Positions 51,542 through 61,836 of a stretch of 64,000 nt of DNA are shown one piece after another. The first letter of the stretch is position 1; every line of letters starts with the position of its first letter. The position numbers and the translations under genes were made by a program. The stretch spans positions 36,912 to 100,911 of the forward strand of contig CAVRAP010000020.1 of the NCBI GenBank assembly GCA_963718995.1, given 5' to 3'. Origin of the DNA: an uncultured Actinomycetota bacterium (GTDB taxonomy: Bacteria > Actinomycetota > Acidimicrobiia > Spongiisociales > UBA4744). The notes beneath the pieces are model-generated. The model saw only the letters and a list, made by a program, of their open reading frames with translations, was not told the origin of the DNA and did no database searches.

Positions 51542-52738
51542 TGCTGCGACGCGCCCGGTCTTCAGTTCTCCCTCGATTGGCCCTTGTGGTGCTCACCCTG
51601 ACCTTCTTCGGGGGAGTTGTGGCACCGGTGGGAGCCACCGTCGCCCCGACGGGAGCGGTGCAACTACCGCCTGTGCCCGTGGACGGGTTGTTCACCGGGT
51701 CGCCTCCCGACGTCACCGCCCAGACCTGGATTCTGTACGACGCCACCTACGATCGGGTTCTGGCCGAAAAGGACGCAGATCAACGCCGTGCCATGGCATC
51801 GACCACAAAGATGATGACGGCGCTCCTCGTCGTCGACAACGGATCCCGGTTCGATCGCGTCACCATCAGTGAGACTGCCCCGGAGGTAGGCGAAGCGGAG
51901 ATCGACCTCGTGGCCGGTGAAGTATGGACGGTCCAACAGCTACTCAACGCAATGTTGCTGGGTTCCGCGAACGATGCCGCTCTGGCAGTTGCCGAGCATG
52001 TCGGCGGGACCGTCGAACGGTTCGTCGATAGCATGAACGACCGGGCCGAACAGTTGGGGATGGACAACACACGATTTGCCAACCCGCACGGACTTGATGA
52101 GCCGAACCATTTCAGCTCGGCCCGCGATCTCTTGACGTTGGCTCGAGCGACGATGGCCGTTGAAGAGCTGGCCGCCATCGTGGCGATGCGGGAGGCCACG
52201 TTGCCTCCGACCGTCGACGGCGCAGAACGTAATGGTCCGCACCACCAACCGGCTGCTCTACGAGTATCAGGGGGCGAACGGAGTGAAGACCGGCTATACC
52301 GACGACGCCGGTTGGACTCTGGCGGCGTCGGCCGAGCGGGACGGGCGAACGCTCTACGCCATCGTGATGGGATCGCCAACGGTCGACCGGCGATTCGCCG
52401 ACGCAGCCGCACTCCTCGACTACGGCTTCAGCGAATTCGGGGTGGTTGAGGTCATCGTCGCCGGAGTCGATTATGCGAGGCGAAGACTGCCGGACGCATC
52501 AGAGGCCGAGGCAGCGGCCACCGAGACGGTATCTCTCTTTGCCAATCGAGAGGATGCCGAGCTCATTGAGTTGACTCCTGCCTTTGCAGGTGACGGGGCG
52601 GTCGTCATAGCGTCGATCGGCGGGGAAGAGCTGGCCAGAGTTCCTCTCGAAACTGCTGCAGCTCCGGGTTTACCAGATCTGGCCGAGGCATTCTCGTGGG
52701 CGAGCAACTACTGGGATTGGCTGTTTGGCAATGCCTGA
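51541..52738 (+). pseudogene. dacB: D-alanyl-D-alanine carboxypeptidase (peptidase S11), +1 frameshift near 52224
   Basis: Signal/TM, SxxK (ASTTKMM) and SxN (GSAND) motifs. KTG (GVKTGYT) is in the downstream frame (ORF 52160..52738). The junction ...PPTVDGA|NVMVRTTNRLLYEYQGANGVKTG is restored by deleting g52224. Confidence 0.8.
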
Positions 52739-52774
52739 TCCCACCCGTCCCGCACCCGTTCGGATGGTGCGGGC

Positions 52775-53368
52775 GTGACCACCAGCGCCGACTCATTTGT
52801 TGAGGTCATCACGGCCGGGGCCCTGGCCTCGAGAACCGGGGAACTGGGTGGACAGCTGACCGCGGACTATCGGGACAAGGTGCCCGTGCTGGTGGGCGTG
52901 CTGCACGGCTCGCTCCCGTTCCTCAGTGATCTCGTTCGGCAGGTGGACACTGAGCTCGAGGTCGATTTTCTCGCTCTCAGCCGCTTTGGCGAAGGGGGCA
53001 GGGTCCGGATCGCCATGGACACCGAGATCTCGCTGGAAGACCGCCACGTGGTGCTCGTCGAAGACATTGTCGACACGGGCCTGACCCTCTCGTACGTACG
53101 CCGCCTCTTGGAGACGAGAGACGTGGCCAGCCTGGCAACGGTCACGCTGATCGACAAGGCACCCCGACGGATCGTTGAGGTACCGCTCGAATACCGTGGA
53201 TTTGAGGTCGGCGATGAGTTCCTGCTCGGATACGGTCTGGATTGGGAGGGCAAGTACCGGAACCTGAGATCGATCTGGATGGTCCTCGATCTGGCGACGT
53301 TGCAGTCCGATTCTGCATCACTCGGCGACAGGGTGTTCCCGGCCCACGGTGATAATCTGACCGCATGA
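52775..53368 (+). CDS. hpt: Hypoxanthine-guanine phosphoribosyltransferase
   Basis: PRPP-binding ...VVLVEDIVDTGLTLS... Confidence 0.85.
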   Translation: MTTSADSFVEVITAGALASRTGELGGQLTADYRDKVPVLVGVLHGSLPFLSDLVRQVDTELEVDFLALSRFGEGGRVRIAMDTEISLEDRHVVLVEDIVDTGLTLSYVRRLLETRDVASLATVTLIDKAPRRIVEVPLEYRGFEVGDEFLLGYGLDWEGKYRNLRSIWMVLDLATLQSDSASLGDRVFPAHGDNLTA

Positions 53369-53886
53369 GTGATCCAAACGGCTCAGAGAACGAAGGGATC
53401 CCGATGGATCTGATTGGGGTTCGCATCGAACTGCCGACCAATCAGCCGATCGTGCTTCTGCGGGAAACGGATGGCTCCCGGTATCTGCCTATTTGGATCG
53501 GGGCGGTTGAGGCCACTGCAATCGCGTACGCCCTCGAAGGCGTCGTTCCCCAGCGGCCCTTGACTCATGATCTCCTCAAGACCGTCTCCGAATCTTTGGG
53601 GGCGAGCGTCGCCCGGGTGGTGGTGACTGAGCTGCGGGACAGCGTGTACTACGCAGATCTCGTGTTGACCAGAGGGGGAGACGAGGTGACCGTTTCGTCC
53701 CGTCCCTCCGACGCAATTGCCCTGGCCGCCCGGATGGGAGCGCCGCTGTTCGCCACCCCGCAGGTATTGGACGATGCCGGTATTGAGATACGAGACGACG
53801 ACGAGGAAGCCGAGATAGAGAAGTTCCGGGAGTTCCTCGACGACATCAGCCCGGAGGACTTCGAGGCCGGCGAGTCTCCAAGCTGA
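53365..53886 (+). CDS. Bifunctional nuclease family protein (DUF151)
   Basis: ...IVLLRETDGSRYLPIWIGAVEATAIA... DUF151 pattern. Follows the Rv1828-like gene as in mycobacteria. Confidence 0.7.
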   Translation: MSDPNGSENEGIPMDLIGVRIELPTNQPIVLLRETDGSRYLPIWIGAVEATAIAYALEGVVPQRPLTHDLLKTVSESLGASVARVVVTELRDSVYYADLVLTRGGDEVTVSSRPSDAIALAARMGAPLFATPQVLDDAGIEIRDDDEEAEIEKFREFLDDISPEDFEAGESPS

Positions 53887-54887
53887 TGAAAGGCCTCACC
53901 CGGCTGCGGGTCGCTGCCGTCATTCTGGGAAGCGTCATCATCGTCGGAACGATCGGTTTCCTCCTCATCGAGAAGGCTTCCGTGCTTGACGCCTTCTTCA
54001 TGACCATGATCACGATTTCTACGGTCGGCTACAACGAAGTGTTCCCGCTTTCGGAGACCGGAGAACTTTTCACGGTTGGCTTGATCGTGGTGGGGGTCGG
54101 TACGCTCTTCTACACTGCCGGGGCGGCTCTCGAAGCCGCCTTCGAGAATCTCAGTGGCCGGCAAGGAATGACCAAGATGACACGGACCATCGAACAGCTG
54201 AGCGATCACTACATCATCTGCGGTTTCGGCCGGGTGGGTGGCGCAACCTGGGAGCTGATGGTCGACCGGGGTGCGGAGGTCCTGGTGATCGAGGGTGATC
54301 CGGCGGCTGCTCAGGAAGCCAGAGATGCCGGAGCGTTGGTCCTCGAGGAGGACGCAACCCACAATGAGACGTTGGTTGCTGCCGGGATCAACCGGGCTCG
54401 ATCACTCATCGCCTGCGTCACGGCCGACTCGGACAACCTCGTCATCGTGCTGTCCGCCAAGGCTCTCCGTCCCGACCTGCTGGTTATCGCTCGGGCCGCC
54501 GAAAGCGAGTCGGAACGCAAGCTGTACTTAGCCGGGGCAGATCGCGTGGTTGCCCCTCAACGGGTCGGCGCACACCGGTTGGCTTCGATGGCGTTCCAAC
54601 CGGAACTGGCCGACTTTGTCGACCTCGTCTTGCAAGGCAACCACGTCGAGTTCCGCGTCCAGCAGATGCAGATCCACGAGGATTGCATCCTGGCGGGCAT
54701 GTCGCTGCGAGAGGCCGCTATCCGGCAACGGTCGGGGGCCATGATTCTGGCCGTCGAAGACGAATCCCGCCGGCTCTATCTGAACCCCGATCCCGACCTG
54801 GTCATTACCCCGGGTCAGGTCATGGTCGGCATCGGCACCAACGATCAGATCGAGAAATTGACCCTTCTCATGACCGGACCGAGTTGA
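53886..54887 (+). CDS. Potassium-channel family protein with RCK/TrkA-N and TrkA-C domains; non-canonical filter TVGYN
   Basis: Two TM helices flanking a pore helix with TISTVGYNEV, then a Rossmann ...IICGFGRVGG... (TrkA_N) domain and a C-terminal TrkA_C domain. Confidence 0.8.
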   Translation: MKGLTRLRVAAVILGSVIIVGTIGFLLIEKASVLDAFFMTMITISTVGYNEVFPLSETGELFTVGLIVVGVGTLFYTAGAALEAAFENLSGRQGMTKMTRTIEQLSDHYIICGFGRVGGATWELMVDRGAEVLVIEGDPAAAQEARDAGALVLEEDATHNETLVAAGINRARSLIACVTADSDNLVIVLSAKALRPDLLVIARAAESESERKLYLAGADRVVAPQRVGAHRLASMAFQPELADFVDLVLQGNHVEFRVQQMQIHEDCILAGMSLREAAIRQRSGAMILAVEDESRRLYLNPDPDLVITPGQVMVGIGTNDQIEKLTLLMTGPS

Positions 54888-54902
54888 CGGTCGCTCGCCC
54901 GA

Positions 54903-54983
54903 GTTGTCCACAGACCGGTAGGCAGATCGAGGTTATCCACAGATACTGTTGACAACTTTGCGGCGTTCCGGGTAGGTTATAGC
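54903..54983 (+). promoter_or_regulatory. Putative promoter/operator upstream of a MerR-family gene
   Basis: TTGACA at 54949-54954, a 19-nt spacer, then TAGGTT (54974-54979), the long spacer typical of MerR-regulated promoters. Inverted repeat GTTGTCcACAG...CTGTTGACAAC overlaps the -35, and a direct repeat GTTGTCCACAGAC/GTTATCCACAGAT is present. Confidence 0.35.
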
Positions 54984-55033
54984 CCCGTAATTACGAACGT
55001 GTAAGCTACGACGGCTAACAGAGGAGCGCGGTT

Positions 55034-55516
55034 GTGACGGATACTGGTTATCGAGCCCCGCAAGTGTGCAATCTGGTCGGAATAACGTACCGCCAGCTTG
55101 ACTACTGGGCGCGGACGGGCCTCTTGCGGCCGTCGATCCAGAGTGCGAATGGCTCCGGATCGCAACGCCGGTACTCGTTTACCGACGTCGTGCAACTCAA
55201 GGTCATCAAGCGATTGCTGGACGCAGGCATGAGCCTCAAGAAGATCCGCCAGGCAATGGAGATTCTGGTTCTGCAACTCCAGAGCGATCAGCCCCTGGTC
55301 GATGTGACGCTTCTCTCGGATGGACAGACCATCTACGCAGCCCACAGCGCCGACGAAGTGGTAGACGTGTTTCGCCGCGGTCAGGGCGTCTTCGGGATCG
55401 CCGTCGGTCCGGTCCAGGCGGAACTCGAAGGTCAAATTCACCAGTTGTTCCCCGAACTGGCCGAGACCGGTACGCCGGCCACAGTTGCGGCAACCGGGGA
55501 GGTTGGGGTCAACTGA
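55034..55516 (+). CDS. MerR family transcriptional regulator
   Basis: GTG start with GAGGAG Shine-Dalgarno. HTH ...VCNLVGITYRQLDYWARTGLL... Confidence 0.8.
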   Translation: MTDTGYRAPQVCNLVGITYRQLDYWARTGLLRPSIQSANGSGSQRRYSFTDVVQLKVIKRLLDAGMSLKKIRQAMEILVLQLQSDQPLVDVTLLSDGQTIYAAHSADEVVDVFRRGQGVFGIAVGPVQAELEGQIHQLFPELAETGTPATVAATGEVGVN

Positions 55517-55593
55517 CCACGCACGACGTATTCGAGAACGGTCCGGCAGACCTCACCGAGTTTGCCCACAACAGCGAGCGGCAGTTCGCCCGG

Positions 55594-55968
55594 TTGCTCG
55601 ACTTCTACGGGATTGCATGGGCATACGAGCCGCGCTCGTTCCCTCTGGCCTGGGACGAGGAAGGAAGACCTTCCCGCTTCTTCACACCCGACTTCTACCT
55701 CATCGAAGACGACCTGTTCATCGAGATAACCACCATGAATCAGAAGCTGGTTACCAAGAAGAACCGCAAGGTGCGGCGGCTGAAAGAGCTGTACCCGGAG
55801 GTCAGCTGCAAGGTTTTCTACCAGCGTGACTATCTCCACCTGCTCGTCAAGTACGGCCTCGAGGAACCGGACCACATGGACGAGGTTCCCGCCCCATCGA
55901 GGATCCCGGGTCCGCCGCAGGTGGTCAGAGTCCTCGATGAACGCCTGGGTGGTCAGGCAGCAGGGTAA
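55594..55968 (+). CDS. Hypothetical protein (conserved-looking), start uncertain
   Basis: ORF with coding-like composition. ...TPDFYLIEDDLFIEITTMNQK... may be a PD-(D/E)xK-like core. The in-frame region extends upstream to the MerR stop, so the start may lie upstream of 55594. Confidence 0.5.
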   Translation: MLDFYGIAWAYEPRSFPLAWDEEGRPSRFFTPDFYLIEDDLFIEITTMNQKLVTKKNRKVRRLKELYPEVSCKVFYQRDYLHLLVKYGLEEPDHMDEVPAPSRIPGPPQVVRVLDERLGGQAAG

Positions 55969-56071
55969 CGGGCCAAAAGGGCCTGGAAACCTGCCGTTCT
56001 CCCTCACGTCGCACTGCGCACCCTCGTCTAGTCTGCGCAGGTGATCAGTCTCCCGTGGAGAGGAGTGACGT

Positions 56072-57125
56072 ATGGCCCAATCCCCGCTCTACGATGAGCA
56101 TGTTCGTCTTGGAGCCCGTTTTGTGGACTTCGCCGGCTGGGCGATGCCGGTCCAATACGCGAGTGTCCTGGCCGAGCATGATGCCGTGCGGACCTCAGCC
56201 GGGGTCTTCGATGTGTCCCATCTCGGCCGGTTCCGCCTGGAAGGGCCGGGGAGCACGGACCTGCTTCGCTCTCTACTCTGCAACGATGTCGTCGCCATCG
56301 AACCGGGCCGTGCTCAATACACGATGGCGCTCAACGAGGCCGGTGGCGTCGAGGACGACATCATCGTCTGGAGATGGGCGGACGAGCGGTACTGGGTGGT
56401 GCCGAATGGATCAAATGACGACAAGATCCGGGCTGCGTTTGTTGCAGCAGCTAACGGAGACATCATGGTCGACAACCTGCGGGAGACGACGGTCCTGATC
56501 GCGGTGCAAGGACCGGATGCCCCGGCGGCCATCGAAGCCGTTCTGGGGAAGCGCCCCGGCCGTTTCCGGCTCTTCGAAGCAGAATTCGGCGGGTATCCGG
56601 TCTGGGTGGCAGGCACCGGTTACACCGGTGAGCGAGGCGGGGAGATCGCCGCACCGGCCGAGGGCGGCAGGCGCCCTTTTCAACGCGTTCCGGGAGGCGG
56701 GTGTGACCCCGGCCGGGCTCGGGTCGCGTGACACGCTCCGTTTGGAGATGGGCTATCCACTCTGGGGACAGGATCTCGACCCGCAGACGACTCCGCTCGA
56801 AGCCGGCTTGAGCTGGGTCGTCAATTGGGATCACGAGTTCACCGGCAAAGCGGCGTTCCTGCGCCAACGAGACGCCGGGGGCGGCAAACAACTGATTGGA
56901 TTTGTGATGGAGGGCCGTCAGATTGCCCGACATGACTACCCGCTTCGGGCCGGATCCTCGAGCGGGAAGGTCACGAGCGGCAACTTCAGCCCCACGCTCA
57001 AGCAGGGGATCGGGATGGGGTATCTCCAGCCACTGCCCGGGCCTGAGGTTCAAGTAGAGGTTGAGGTTAGAGGTGGCTGGTTGCCGGTCGAACGCCGTGA
57101 TCCGCCATTCATCGAGAGGAAGTGA
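56072..57125 (+). pseudogene. gcvT: Glycine cleavage system T protein (aminomethyltransferase), +1 frameshift near 56660
   Basis: MAQSPLYDEHVRLGARFVDFAGWAMPVQY... The C-terminal part is in ORF 56517..57125. An extra G in gagGGCGGCagg restores ...APAEAAGALFNAFREAG... Confidence 0.85.
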
Positions 57126-58463
57126 TTGTGGATTTCACACCGCACACAGAAACGGATGTTCGCGTCATGCTGGACGTGCTCGGTCTGGAAAGCCCGGCCG
57201 ATCTTTTTGCCCATATACCTTCCGGGGCCCTGCTCGATCATGATCCGGGACTCCCTGAGGCGCTCTCGGAACTCGAGTTGATGCAGCTGGTGAACGAACT
57301 GGGGAGTCGCAATCGATCCGACCTGGTCTGCTTCGCCGGGGGCGGCTACTACGACCACTACCTACCACCGGTCGTAACGGCGCTGACCATGCGACCGGAG
57401 TTCGTCACCGCCTATACGCCCTACCAACCGGAGGTATCCCAGGGGGTCCTGCAGGCGCTCTTCGAGTTCCAGTCGATGGTGTGTGCCCTGACCGGAATGG
57501 ATGTAGCCAACGCGTCGCTCTACGACGGTGCCACCGCGGCGGTTGAGGCCGTCAATCTGGCCGTCGCAGCCACCGGCCGCAACAGCGTGTGGGTATCGCA
57601 AGGCGCTCCATCCACGGGCCAGAGAGACCATTGCCACGTTCGCAGCCGCTCGCAACATCGCCGTGGTTGAGCACGAGTTGGTTGACGGAAGAACGGTTTG
57701 GGATGAATCCGCCCAACCGGCTCCGGCTGCTGTGATTGTGGCCCAGCCCAACTACCTCGGGATTGTTGAAGACTACGACCGGGTGGCCTCGCTTGCCCAT
57801 ACACTCGGGGCTCTGGCGGTTGCCTCCGTGGATCCGATGACGCTCGGTCTGCTGCGCAACCCCGGCTCCGCAGGGTTCGATCTGGTGGTCGGGGAGGGAC
57901 AACCGCTCGGCAACCCGTTGTCTTTTGGCGGGCCGGTCGTCGGTCTGTTCGCGACCACGACTGCGCTGATGCGGCGGATTCCGGGCCGACTGGTCGGCGA
58001 GACGATCGACCGCGATGGCAACACCGCCTACGTCCTGACGTTGCGGGCCAGAGAACAAGACATACGAAGGGCCAAGGCATCGTCAAACATCTGCACGAAT
58101 CAGACCCTCAACGCGCTGGCGTCGGCGATTCATCTCGGCTGGCTCGGTCCTGAGGGACTGCGCGAGGTTGGTGACCAATCGGCTCAGAAGGCCCACTACC
58201 TGGCCGAACGACTCGCGGAGCTGCCGGGTGTCGAACTTGTCACGACCGCAGGTTTTGTTCGGGAGTTCGCCGTCAACCTGCCGAAGGATGCCGATGAGGT
58301 CATCGCCGCCATGGCCGAGCGAGGGTTCCTGGCAGGGATCTCCCTGGGTGGCGACTATCCGACCATGCCGTATGGCATGTTGGTGGCCGTCACGGAGAAA
58401 CGATCGAAGGCCGAACTCGACGGCTACGTTACGGCGCTGAAGGAGGTGCTCGCTCATGGCTGA
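57122..58463 (+). pseudogene. gcvPA: Glycine dehydrogenase (decarboxylating) subunit 1, +1 frameshift near 57599
   Basis: The N-terminal ORF 57122..57670 and ORF 57528..58463 together make a typical GcvPA. Deleting c57599 gives ...NSVWVSKALHPRARE... Confidence 0.85.
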
Positions 58464-59955
58464 ACCTGGAGGCCGCGCTTCTTCTGCGCCACTCGTTGGG
58501 GGAGATTCGGAACCGACTCTGTCCGAGTTCTCCAGCCCCGGCAGGCGGGCCTCGTCGTTGCCTGCCCTGGACGTGCCACACCGGCCACTCGAGCTTCCCG
58601 AGGCTGCGGATCGGGTGCCCCGGCTACCGGAAGTATCTGAACACGACCTGGTCATGCACTTCACACGTCTAGCCCAGCGCAACTTCGCCGTGGATCTGGG
58701 CGCCTACCCGCTTGGGTCATGCACGATGAAGTACAACCCCAAGATATGTGATTGGGCGGGAGCCCATCCTGGCTTCGTCGGGCTGCATCCCACCACGCCG
58801 GCTCATTTGGTTCAGGGAGCGCTCGAGGTGCTTGCTCGAAACTGAACGGATCCTCTGTGACCTCACGGGGATGGCACGTGCGACATTTCAGCCGCCGGCC
58901 GGGGCGGCGGGGGAGTTGACCGGTTTGATGATCATGCGAGCCCATCATCAGGCCAACGGCGATACTCGCACCAAGATCCTGATCCCGGACTCAGCCCACG
59001 GAACCAACCCGGCTTCGGTCACGTTGTCGGGCTACGAGGCTGTTGAGGTACCCTCGAATAGCCGCGGCATGGTTGACCTCGGAGCACTCCGTGAGGCCCT
59101 GGACGATCAGGTGGCCGGCCTCATGCTCACCAATCCGAACACCCTCGGCCTGTTCGAAGAGGAGATCCTCGAGATTGCCGAGGCGGTCCATGGGGTCGGG
59201 GGCCTTCTCTACTACGACGGAGCCAACCTCAACGCCATCATGGGCATTGCCAGACCGGGCGACATGGGGTTCGACATTGTGCATTCCAACCTGCACAAGA
59301 CCTTCGCTACCCCGCACGGCGGTGGAGGACCGGGCGCCGGACCGGTCGCGGTTTGTGACAATCTGGTGCGGTATCTTCCCGGCCCCCTCCCGACCCGCGA
59401 CGACAACTGGCGCTATCGGCTGGGAGATGCCTGCGGCCAGCGTGGGACGGGTACACGGCCACCACGGCAACTTCCTGGTGGTGTTACGCGCCCTCGTCTA
59501 CATGCGAGCCCTGGGCGGAGAAGGGCTGCGCCGGGCTCGCCGAGCGGGCCGTGCTGAACGCTCGCTACCTGGAGCATCTGCTGGGCGAACGCTATGACTT
59601 GCCGTATCCAAGTACGTGCATGCATGAGTTCGTCACCTCGGCCAAGACGATCAAGAAGGACACCGGGGTCCGGGCGATGGACATCGCCAAAGCGCTCATG
59701 GACGGCGGATACCACGCACCAACGGTCTATTTCCCGCTGATCGTCGAGGAAGCCCTCATGATCGAACCGACCGAAACGCAATCCCGGGAGACCATCGAGA
59801 ATCTGGCCGCCACCCTGGTGGAGATCGCCGAGCGAGCCTACGAAGATGCCGATGCAGTGAAAGAGGCTCCGTTACGAACACCCGTCCACCGGCCCGACGA
59901 CGCCCGGGCGGCGCGTGACCTTCACGTTACGTGGTCCACGAAGGAGGAGGATTGA
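58456..59955 (+). pseudogene. gcvPB: Glycine dehydrogenase (decarboxylating) subunit 2, three +1 frameshifts (about 58836, about 59440, about 59540)
   Basis: ...[13 protein letters not shown]... N-terminus, PLP region ...[17 protein letters not shown]..., then ...[28 protein letters not shown]... in a third frame and ...[18 protein letters not shown]... back in the first. Confidence 0.85.
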
Positions 59956-59957
59956 TC

Positions 59958-60781
59958 ATGGTTGAAGCCACCGACGAAATCGGAGTCTCTGCTTCGGGCG
60001 AGCGCCAGTTGCGCAGGCACTGGTCCGGCGACGCGTCGCCGTGGGGGACTGTGTTGATCGTGCACGGCGGTGGCGAGCACAGCGCTCGCTACAACCACGT
60101 CGCCATCCAGATGGTCGAAGCGGGCCTCGACGTGCACAGCTTCGACTGGGTGGGCCATGGCGGGTCCGGGGGAAAACGCTGGCACATCGACATGTACGAG
60201 ACGTACCACGACGACCTAGCCGAGCGGATCGCCAGACGCGAATCCCGAACACGCCGTTTGTGCTCTACGGGCATTCGATGGGCGGGCTCATTGCTCTCGG
60301 GTACTGCCTGACGCCGAACCGAGGTGCCCGACCTGCTGGTCGCCACCTCGCCCTGGTTGGAGACGGCGGCTCCCGGACTGCTCAAGGCGGTCGTGCCGCT
60401 GCTAGCCAGGATCGCGCCCGAATCTGCGCCTGGACGGTGGTCTGAAAGGCGAGCAACTGGCTCGCGACCCCGCCGTGGGCGAGGCCTACTTCGCCGATCC
60501 GCTGGTCGAGACGAAGATCACGGCGGCGTGGGGAGCGGCGACGTTTGCGCGAGCAGGCACAAGTGCGAGCCGGGTTGAGCAAGCTGTCGGTACCGGTATT
60601 TGTCGTGCACGGCGGAGCCGACACCATCGCCCATCCCCGCGCCAGTGCCCCCCTCGGCGAGTTGCCAGACGCAGAACGCCGGTTGTACCCATCGCTCCAG
60701 CACGAAACGCACAACGAACCAGAAGGGCCGGAAATCATTGCAGCCGTCATTGAATGGCTCCGGCAGCGGATCTCCCCCTAG
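59958..60781 (+). pseudogene. Alpha/beta hydrolase (lysophospholipase / monoacylglycerol-lipase-like), four frameshifts in about 600 nt
   Basis: ATG at 59958 with AAGGAGGAGG Shine-Dalgarno. The HGGGEHSARY oxyanion region, nucleophile elbow GHSMGG, Asp (...VHGGADTI...) and His (...QHETHNE...) are spread over frames 0, 2, 0, 1, 2 (ORFs 59931, 60041, 60324, 60475, 60545). Confidence 0.7.
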
Positions 60782-61827
60782 ACCCCGGCCATCTCGTACC
60801 CGGGGCGGATTCGTTCGGTCAGGATTCGTTCCTTGGTTGGGAGCGAGCAGAACGCCGCACGCATCGCCGTCTCGGTAACCTGCTGCAGGTCCCGGACGGC
60901 GAACTCATGATGCTCGGCTACGAGCGCAAACTCATCCGACATCGAGGTTCTGCTCATCAACCGGTTGTCGGTGTTCAGCGTTATCGCAAACCCGGCTCGA
61001 TGGAGAGCACCGACCGGGTGGTCGGCGGGGGTCGGGTAATCGCCTGTGTGAAGGTTCGACGTCACGCAGATTTCCAGCGGCACCTGATGATCACGCACAT
61101 ACGACGCCAGTTTCCCGAGTGCCACGATCTCGCCATCCTCCAGGACACAGTCGTCGACGATGTGAACTCCGTGTCCGATGCGATGCGCGCCGCACCGCTG
61201 CAGGGCACGCCACACACTGTCCGGTCCGTCTGCTTCGCCGGCGTGGATCGTCAGAGACATGGAGGCTTCCCGCACATGGCGGCAAGCAGGCAGATGGTCG
61301 TCTGCCGGAAAGCCGCGTTCGGCTCCGGCCAGATCGAAACCGACGACACCCTGCTGCTCGAGGTCGGTGGCCAGGCGTGCCACTTCCAGGGAGTCCGTAC
61401 CGGTGCGCATGGCGACCAGGATCAAACCGGTCTCGAGGTCCGTCTCTTTCCGGCCCAGGCGCAGACCGGACAGAGCTGCCTGGACCACCTGGCGCCTATC
61501 AAGGCCGGCGGCTGTGCATAGCGATGGGGCGAACCTGACCTCGGCGTACACCACGCCATCGGCTGCAAGGTCAACCACCGACTCGTAGGCCACTCGCTCG
61601 ATGGCGGGCATGGTCTGCATAACCCCGACGGTATGACGGAAGGACTCGAGGTAGCGTTCCAGCGACCCGGACTCGCCCTGGTCGAACCAGTCGGCCAGCG
61701 CCATCGGATCGTCGCTGGGCAACCCGGCGTAGTTCAGGTCCCGAGCGAGGTCCACAATGGTGTCGATTCGGAGACCGCCGTCGAGGTGCTCGTGAAGCAG
61801 GGCTTTCGGTAACTGGTTGTACTGCAT
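60778..61827 (-). CDS. add: Adenosine deaminase
   Basis: ...LLHEHLDGGLR... metal-binding HxHxDG, ...TIHAGE..., ...SLNTDN... 349 aa. Confidence 0.9.
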   Translation of the reverse strand: MQYNQLPKALLHEHLDGGLRIDTIVDLARDLNYAGLPSDDPMALADWFDQGESGSLERYLESFRHTVGVMQTMPAIERVAYESVVDLAADGVVYAEVRFAPSLCTAAGLDRRQVVQAALSGLRLGRKETDLETGLILVAMRTGTDSLEVARLATDLEQQGVVGFDLAGAERGFPADDHLPACRHVREASMSLTIHAGEADGPDSVWRALQRCGAHRIGHGVHIVDDCVLEDGEIVALGKLASYVRDHQVPLEICVTSNLHTGDYPTPADHPVGALHRAGFAITLNTDNRLMSRTSMSDEFALVAEHHEFAVRDLQQVTETAMRAAFCSLPTKERILTERIRPGYEMAGV

Positions 61828-61836
61828 CGAGCCAGA

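Noticed and set aside
55968-56072. Glycine riboswitch upstream of gcvT.
   Set aside because: The leader is only about 100 nt and lacks the conserved aptamer core segments. Only a generic GGAGAG near the Shine-Dalgarno is present.
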